From: Candidatus Hermodarchaeota archaeon
Lineage (GTDB): Archaea > Asgardarchaeota > Hermodarchaeia > Hermodarchaeales > Hermodarchaeaceae
Length of the DNA stretch: 64,000 nucleotides
Direction: 5' to 3'
NCBI GenBank assembly: GCA_016840065.1
Contig: JAEOTB010000010.1
Location: 33,629-97,628, forward strand
The notes under the pieces were generated by a model that was given only the letters and a program-made list of their open reading frames with translations, did not search any database and was not told where the DNA came from. Positions 57,984 to 64,000 of the stretch are shown one piece after another (position 1 is the stretch's first letter; each line of letters starts with the position of its first letter). The translations under genes and the position numbers were made by a program.

Positions 57984-58535
57984 TTGAGCCGTCGAAACCT
58001 TACACTTCTTTGCCTGAGCCTTCTCGCATTCACGCTATTCACAAACGCTAATATATCCCTCCAGGCTCCCGTTGTCAGAGCGGACTGGACCCTCATTGAC
58101 AGCGACAGCCTCGACCACACCCTAAACAGCTACACCATCGTCTACACCACATGGACGGGCTTCGCCGCTGGTCAAAGAATCCAAGTCGACTGGACAACGG
58201 GAATTATTGGTGTCGACTTCCTCATCATGAACGAAGCAAACTTCAACAACTACATCACCAGTCAACTCGCTTATGTCGAACTTTCCACTGACGGAGCCAC
58301 TGTAACCGTAATCTGGCATGTCCCCCGCAACTACGAAACTTGGTATGGCGTCTGGCATAACCGCGGCCTACTTGACACCCATCTCGCCTGTACGTGGTAC
58401 CAATTCGAGTGGGAAGGCCCTCCACCCCCATGGTACACTAATCCCTTCCTCCTCATCGTCGCCGTCATCCTCACCATCGTAATAATTGGTCTCGTGGTAT
58501 TTGCCCTCAAGCGCTACAGGCTACGTAAATCCTAG
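57984..58535 (+). CDS. Type I membrane protein with a GOLD-like beta-sandwich
   Basis: Signal peptide, VDFLIMNEANFNNY, WYGVWHN, C-terminal TM helix and basic tail. Confidence 0.7.
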   Translation: MSRRNLTLLCLSLLAFTLFTNANISLQAPVVRADWTLIDSDSLDHTLNSYTIVYTTWTGFAAGQRIQVDWTTGIIGVDFLIMNEANFNNYITSQLAYVELSTDGATVTVIWHVPRNYETWYGVWHNRGLLDTHLACTWYQFEWEGPPPPWYTNPFLLIVAVILTIVIIGLVVFALKRYRLRKS

Positions 58536-58615
58536 AACCAGTGCTGCCGCATAGGATACACTTTTCTGACAAACAACTCGAATGTCAAACCTCATCCAAT
58601 AGGAGGTATATCATT

Positions 58616-59965
58616 ATGAGGAAGACATTTGGATTTACCCTCTTTTTCCTACTTTTTCTCTTTACAACTCCACTTCTGTTCCAATCAACGGCTCTATCAC
58701 CTCCAAGAAACAATTCCACTCCAGCGTTATCTCAGAAAATGCAACCAACTGGGAGTGACGCTCTTTGGATTCAGATCTACGGCGGGGCTGGCAGTGAATG
58801 GGGGCACTCCGTGATTGAATGCACTGGGGGTGGCTTCGCCCTCGCTGGGCACACAAACAGCCTTGGTAGTGGCGATCGTGACGCTTGGCTTATCCGCACC
58901 GACGCAAACGGAAACCACCAATGGAACCAAACCTTCGGTGGCGCTGACCGAGATGAGAGCTACTTCATGGTTGAATGCACTGGGGGTGGCTTCGCCCTCG
59001 CTGGCTTTACTTACACGTTTGGAGCCGGGGCTTCAGATGCGTACCTTATCAGAACTGACAGCACAGGGAACCAGCAATGGACCCAGACCTTCGGTGGACC
59101 TGCCCGAGACGAAACAATCCCCGTCGTGGAATGTAGTGATGGTGGCTTCGCCCTCGGTGGATACACCTATAGCTTTGGTGCTGGAGGATCAGATGTCTGG
59201 CTCCTTCGAACAGACAGCAACGGGAATCACCTATGGAACCAGACCTTTGGCGGCGCGAACAACGACGAGGCATGGGGAATGGCACCCTGTGTCGACGGGG
59301 GGTTTGTCCTTGTGGGAATAACAGAAAGCTACGGGGCTGGCGACTCCGACATCTACGTAGTACGCACAGACTCCAATGGCGCCCTACAATGGAACCAGAG
59401 CTACGGCGGTTCTGACGAAGAATGGGGGGTATCCATTGCAGAACTCAGCAACGGAGACTTCATCATATCCGGTCGAACCGAAAGCTTTGGAGCAGGTTTT
59501 GGTGATGCCTGGCTCATCCGCACCGACAGCACAGGCAACGCTCTATGGAACCGCACCATCGGTGGCACACTAGACGATATGGGCCAAGGAGTAATCGAAT
59601 GTAGTGATGGCGGCTTTGCCCTCATCTGCGAAACGCAAAGTCATGGCGCAGGATCCTACGATGCGTGGTTACTACGAATCGACGAAGACGGAAACACACT
59701 CTGGAGCAGAATCTTTGGAGAATCGGGTAGCGACGAAGCTTTCGTGGTCACCGAAAGCAGCACAGGAGACTACGTAATCACTGGGTCAACCGAAAGCTAT
59801 GGATCAACCCTTCGTGACATCTGGCTTATACACGTCTCTGGAACAGCACCAACAACGCCGCCAGCAATACCTGGCTTCCCATGGCTAGCAATTATCACAA
59901 CCCTCACAGCCACTCTAAGCCTAACCTTACTCCAACGACGCAGGCGCAACACCCACAATAAATAA
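58616..59965 (+). CDS. Secreted beta-propeller repeat protein with an IPGF-TM-basic C-terminal sorting signal
   Basis: 52-aa repeats (GGFALAG.T.S.G.G..DAWLIRTD..GN..W.QTFGG), ending PAIPGFPW-TM-RRRR. Confidence 0.88.
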   Translation: MRKTFGFTLFFLLFLFTTPLLFQSTALSPPRNNSTPALSQKMQPTGSDALWIQIYGGAGSEWGHSVIECTGGGFALAGHTNSLGSGDRDAWLIRTDANGNHQWNQTFGGADRDESYFMVECTGGGFALAGFTYTFGAGASDAYLIRTDSTGNQQWTQTFGGPARDETIPVVECSDGGFALGGYTYSFGAGGSDVWLLRTDSNGNHLWNQTFGGANNDEAWGMAPCVDGGFVLVGITESYGAGDSDIYVVRTDSNGALQWNQSYGGSDEEWGVSIAELSNGDFIISGRTESFGAGFGDAWLIRTDSTGNALWNRTIGGTLDDMGQGVIECSDGGFALICETQSHGAGSYDAWLLRIDEDGNTLWSRIFGESGSDEAFVVTESSTGDYVITGSTESYGSTLRDIWLIHVSGTAPTTPPAIPGFPWLAIITTLTATLSLTLLQRRRRNTHNK

Positions 59966-60080
59966 GACTAACGGCAACAACTCAAATCCAACAGGGAAGA
60001 CACCGTACACTTATTGAACCAATGAATAAAGATTAAATCTTCTCCCTGCCTAGCCCTCCTCAAGTAGAGGGAAAAACACA

Positions 60081-60713
60081 ATGCACAAGATTACACTCAC
60101 CTACCAGGCCGATGGCGGCAGGCAACAATGGAGCGAACACCACCCGCTCACTGAGGTTATCGACCTCATTTTTTCTGGAATCGAGACCATAGACCTTGCA
60201 CCTCTCCAATACTGCAGAAAACTCCGTCACCTCCTACTCGGCGGGAATGTGCTGATATCAATAGATCTTGATCCCCTCCAACACTGCAAAAACCTCCAAT
60301 ACATCACATTCGATGGAAACCATCTAGCGAAGCTAAACCTGGGCCCCCTCCAACACTGTACGAAGCTCCAATACCTCTGGCTCAGCGGGAATCAGCTGCA
60401 GAGGCTAGACCTGGGCCCCCTCCAACACTGCAAAAACCTCCAAAACCTCCACCTCGACTACAACCAGTTGAAAAAGCTAGACCTAGACCCCCTCCAACAC
60501 TGTGCAAAACTACGCCACCTCCTACTCAATGGCAACCCATTGAAGAAACTAGATATATCTCCTCTCTTCGCCTGCACCAAACTCCAAACACTACTCCTAG
60601 GCGAAAAAGTGGTTCTAACAGCACACACCGACCTCCAAGGCACAGCCAAGATACCTAAAGCGCTTCGCGCACTAGTTGCAAAGGACAAAATCAAATGGCG
60701 ACCAAGCAGCTAA
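60081..60713 (+). CDS. Leucine-rich repeat protein (22-aa repeats)
   Basis: LDLxPLQHCxxLxxLxLxxNxL repeats; 66-bp DNA periodicity. Confidence 0.92.
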   Translation: MHKITLTYQADGGRQQWSEHHPLTEVIDLIFSGIETIDLAPLQYCRKLRHLLLGGNVLISIDLDPLQHCKNLQYITFDGNHLAKLNLGPLQHCTKLQYLWLSGNQLQRLDLGPLQHCKNLQNLHLDYNQLKKLDLDPLQHCAKLRHLLLNGNPLKKLDISPLFACTKLQTLLLGEKVVLTAHTDLQGTAKIPKALRALVAKDKIKWRPSS

Positions 60714-60784
60714 CGCACACCAGATTCAGCGATAATCTCCTTCACGATCTGCTCAAAACCAATCGCTATGATATGACAACCAGC
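60710..60784 (-). pseudogene. metF 3'-end fragment, copy A
   Basis: Encodes AGCHIIAIGFEQIVKEIIAESGVR*, 23/24 aa identical to the metF C-terminus. Confidence 0.92.
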
Positions 60785-60873
60785 CGTATACAACAATGGT
60801 TGCTAGTCAGGCACTAAACCGAAGATATTAATTTTAAATTCGGAGATAATAGGATAAGGGAGCGTGAGCAGAA

Positions 60874-61557
60874 ATGCGGATTCTTACGTTTAGTGATATC
60901 CATGGCAATACTGAAGCAGTGAGAAAACTAATTTCTGAAGTGTCAGACACTGAATTTGACGCAATTGTCTTCGGGGGTGATTTCACCAATGCTTGGTTTG
61001 AAGGGTTAGAAGCGGGGAGACGCCAAATGGATGAAATAACATCTCTACTCCAATCACTCGATCGCCCTTTCTACTACGTATATGGTAATAGAGACTTTTC
61101 ATCATTCGAACGAGGTATAGTTAAGTGCTCATTTGGAAAAAATATTGATGAGAAGGATTGGGACTTGGGGGACTACACGCTTACTAGTAAAACCAAGAGA
61201 TTAGACAAACAGAAAATACTAGTCACTCATATATTTCATCAGGCATTGAAGAACAAACAAGCACAATCCTTACTGTATCTATACGGACATGACCACAAAG
61301 CCCGTATCTACAAGAACTACATTAACCTTGGATTTCTTTATCGAGGAAAGGGGGCTCACGGCGCCTATCAGTCATTATTCGGTTGCTATTGGTTCATCGA
61401 CTTGGAAGACGGAGAATTTAACCCAGAAATCCATCTTTGGCAGCTAAAAGAATCTGTATGTCCAAATCATGAGGACCAAGGGGTATTCTACATCCCTCAT
61501 TACTGGAAAAGAGCTTGCCCACTTTGTTATGACGAAGAAACTCGGTTAGATTTCTAA
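60874..61557 (+). CDS. Metallophosphoesterase with a C-terminal Cys/His motif
   Basis: SDIHGN, GGDF, GNRD, VTH, GHDH; CPNH...CPLC. Confidence 0.85.
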   Translation: MRILTFSDIHGNTEAVRKLISEVSDTEFDAIVFGGDFTNAWFEGLEAGRRQMDEITSLLQSLDRPFYYVYGNRDFSSFERGIVKCSFGKNIDEKDWDLGDYTLTSKTKRLDKQKILVTHIFHQALKNKQAQSLLYLYGHDHKARIYKNYINLGFLYRGKGAHGAYQSLFGCYWFIDLEDGEFNPEIHLWQLKESVCPNHEDQGVFYIPHYWKRACPLCYDEETRLDF

Positions 61558-61704
61558 TGTAATTCAGAGCCCTCAAAAGTAACCAGAAAAACTACGTACT
61601 CGGATATGGATAAACACAATGCATTATCCTTAAGAACATAGTACGAGTTAGTAGTCGATGCTCAATCAACAATATTATTCATAAATTAAAGCGAGGGAAG
61701 AATA

Positions 61705-62268
61705 CTGCCAGAATATTACTTCGATATGGAAACAACTGGGTCAAATCCTACCCAAGATGAGATTGTTACAATCCAATACCAGCGAATGGATATGAGAACT
61801 GGCAAACCAATTGAGCCCTTGGTGATATTGAAGCGATGGGACTCCTCAGAGCAAGAAATACTTCAAAAATTCCTTGAAACATTCAATAACTTTACTAACC
61901 CATGGGTCTTCGTCATGGTTGGTAGCAATCTAAGTTTTGACAAAACTCTACTTATAACACGCGCCAAAGCGCTTCTAAACCTTGAGATAAACCCGATTCA
62001 TTTCTTCCACAACCATCCCACGTTCGATCTAAAATCAATCAAAATCCTCTTGAATAAGGGACAATTCAGAGGTTCTAGCTTCGCCAATTTACTACAAGAA
62101 GAACGACAGGGCGGTTTAGTGCCCGAATGGTACAATAACGAAGAATACCCAAAAATAATCGAATACATTGAGAACGAAACTAAATTCTTCTTCAAGATAT
62201 ACAAGGTTCTACTCGACGAGATAAGGCAGCTACCAGGAATCAAAAACATCTTTACAACTTTTGACTAA
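61705..62268 (+). CDS. RNase H-fold DEDD 3'-5' exonuclease-like protein
   Basis: YYFDMETTG (ExoI, needs a start upstream of 61726), GSNLSFD, DL, YIENE. Confidence 0.75.
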   Translation: MPEYYFDMETTGSNPTQDEIVTIQYQRMDMRTGKPIEPLVILKRWDSSEQEILQKFLETFNNFTNPWVFVMVGSNLSFDKTLLITRAKALLNLEINPIHFFHNHPTFDLKSIKILLNKGQFRGSSFANLLQEERQGGLVPEWYNNEEYPKIIEYIENETKFFFKIYKVLLDEIRQLPGIKNIFTTFD

Positions 62269-62317
62269 CCCAATCGTTCATTTTTCATAGGTGTGCTCCA
62301 AATCAACAATAGCTTTC

Positions 62318-62680
62318 TCACACTGACCCCTCTTCAACTCGTGCATAATCCGCCCAACTCTCTCCAGATAGCCGCTCGATAACAAATTCAGAATAGAACT
62401 GCCGAGTCTGCAAATCATAGTACAGAACTGGCGTTTCAAGCATTTTAGCCAAGCGCACCTCATCAAACACCCCCCTCCCTATTATCCCCTCCACTTTCGC
62501 CATAAACACAACCAAATCCGCCTCACAAACTCGCCGAAAATAAAAACTCATCCTCTGCGAAGGAAAATCTGCAGGGTTGTAAATAATCGCATCAGGAAAC
62601 TTCTGCCTAATCGCCTTCAGAACCTCACTTTCCTGTTTCGAATCATAGGTAGGAATCGGATGAGCAAAATAAATCTGCAT
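62318..62680 (-). CDS. Nucleoside 2-deoxyribosyltransferase-like protein
   Basis: IYFAHP, IYNPA, ADLVVF, GRGVFDEV..A. Confidence 0.7.
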   Translation of the reverse strand: MQIYFAHPIPTYDSKQESEVLKAIRQKFPDAIIYNPADFPSQRMSFYFRRVCEADLVVFMAKVEGIIGRGVFDEVRLAKMLETPVLYYDLQTRQFYSEFVIERLSGESWADYARVEEGSV

Positions 62681-62792
62681 ACAATCTGACCTCTCGAATC
62701 CTAAAGATAACCTAGCAAACTACTCCATTCTAATAACTATTCCTGGTAAAGATGACTACTGCGTAAGGACTAGAACCATCCCTCAAACTAGA

Positions 62793-62909
62793 TTAACGCA
62801 CACCTGGCTCGGCGATAGTCTCCTTCACAATCTGCTCAAAACCAATCGCCATGATATGACAACCAGCAGCACTGGTGGTCTTGCGAATCTCCCTCACAAG
62901 ATCGCTAAA
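62793..62909 (-). pseudogene. metF 3'-end fragment, copy B
   Basis: Encodes FSDLVREIRKTTSAAGCHIMAIGFEQIVKETIAEPGVR*, 31/38 aa identical to metF. Confidence 0.92.
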
Positions 62910-62933
62910 AATGAGTGTAAAGGGTCAGCTGGA

Positions 62934-63386
62934 TTAGATTTTCCCTTTCACAGCGCCCCCGTGATAGCGCACGTGGTGGACTTCCCATCCTTTATAATAT
63001 ATCTTCTCAATTCCCTGGAACAGGTTGATGTCCCCCTCGCTCCTGTCCGTGTATCTGAAATGACCCTCCTTGAACTCACTTGGTCCTCGGAAAGGTCTGT
63101 CTCCCTTTACAAGCATCATGGCTTTACGCAGGAACTCGAATATCTGCTCATCTGTGACCTCCCCTGACTTTGACCAGCCATAATAGTTCAAAATCCAGAT
63201 AACTTCGCCGTCTTTCCAGACAACTGTCTCACCTGCAAAAGGATTGAACCCAAAATACCTGTCCCTGAACCTGAATTCACCCTCTTCATAAACAAACTCC
63301 ATGCTGCCGTCATCCAGAACCTTGCCCTCGCTCCCGCTTGCGTAAGCGCTTCTATTTGCCTTGACCAGGAACTCATCAAATTGCAT
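62934..63386 (-). CDS. DUF5680-like protein
   Basis: FLVKA...YA, DRYFG..FAGE, PFRGP, F.G.E.I, YHGG. Confidence 0.75.
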   Translation of the reverse strand: MQFDEFLVKANRSAYASGSEGKVLDDGSMEFVYEEGEFRFRDRYFGFNPFAGETVVWKDGEVIWILNYYGWSKSGEVTDEQIFEFLRKAMMLVKGDRPFRGPSEFKEGHFRYTDRSEGDINLFQGIEKIYYKGWEVHHVRYHGGAVKGKI

Positions 63387-63420
63387 AGCTCATTTTACCA
63401 GCTTTTGATTTAAATTTGTA

Positions 63421-63442
63421 TGCGGCTGCCGGGATTCGAACC
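63421..63442 (-). other. Isolated tRNA 3'-end relic (T-arm plus acceptor strand), att-like
   Basis: Reverse complement GGTTCGAATCCCGGCAGCCGCA with no 5' half upstream. Confidence 0.75.
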
Positions 63443-63602
63443 AATTCACACCCAAAATCACTCCACAACAAAAAGAAATCCTCCTATCCCAGCAAACACA
63501 ACCCCGCCGCCCCGCTGGGACCCAAATCACCCAGCGAATGGGAACTATAAGTGAAGAACAAAGAACGCTCTTTTTCTATCCTTTAAATAAAGCGAATTCA
63601 GG

Positions 63603-64000
63603 CTAGCCTCGCACACCAGACTCTGCAATGATTTCCTTCACAATCTGCTCGAAACCAATCGCCATAATATGACAACCAGCAGCATTAGTCGTCTTGCGAA
63701 TAGATTTAACCAGATTCGCAAAGTACTCCACGTTTAAGCGATATGTCTTTTCTTTTCGGGTTGGCTTGTCTTCAATCTTTGATAATTTCTCCATCTCGCT
63801 CATTAGGTCGTCAGGTACTGTCATCCCCGGGACGTACCGATGGACCCATTGGGCCACCTTGAAGCTCTTCAATGGGCATAGTCCTATGAGGGTGGGGATT
63901 TTGATGTGTTTGATTTGATTCATGAAGTCCTGGGCTTCCTGTACGGTGTAGACTACTTGGGTTTGTATGAATTCGGCGCCGATGGATTCTTTTCTTTCGA
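63603..64000 (-). CDS. metF: Methylenetetrahydrofolate reductase, C-terminal part (truncated by the window)
   Basis: GAEFIQTQVVY, PTLIGLCPLKS, VPGMTVP, GCHIMAIG. Confidence 0.88.
   Translation of the reverse strand, partial: ERKESIGAEFIQTQVVYTVQEAQDFMNQIKHIKIPTLIGLCPLKSFKVAQWVHRYVPGMTVPDDLMSEMEKLSKIEDKPTRKEKTYRLNVEYFANLVKSIRKTTNAAGCHIMAIGFEQIVKEIIAESGVRG

Noticed and set aside
1-64000. CRISPR array, rRNA, integrase, transposase or reverse transcriptase
   Set aside because: No regularly spaced repeat-spacer array and no matching protein motifs were seen.

Overview
Chromosomal window from an Asgard archaeon (lineage not determinable from sequence alone). It carries a contiguous ubiquitin (E1, E2, Ub, RING E3) plus ESCRT-I/II/III/Vps4 gene cluster at 8.9-19.4 kb. 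Other eukaryotic-signature genes include a gelsolin-domain protein, a roadblock protein, Yip1 and a longin-tailed surface protein. Housekeeping genes include PolB, leuS, aspS, serS, cysS, rps26e, trmY, trxB, lipid synthesis genes, three phosphohexomutases, a GlmU-like enzyme, cofD, apgM and tRNA-Cys. An accessory right end lies downstream of metF. The most notable observations are: (1) extra ESCRT-cluster genes, namely a free-standing Vps28 C-terminal-domain paralogue and a Zn-finger/helical/PH(GLUE-like)/steadiness-box fusion; (2) a RING E3 with an Rbx1/Apc11-like N-terminal strand; (3) a probable homologue of the eukaryotic CINP/C1orf109 AAA+ adaptors; (4) an integrase-free gene-capture array delimited by synonymously diverged copies of the metF 3' end plus a tRNA 3' relic; (5) a methanogenesis-marker-9-like Cys module. 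Family assignments come from motif recognition and recalled sequences, not from database searches.
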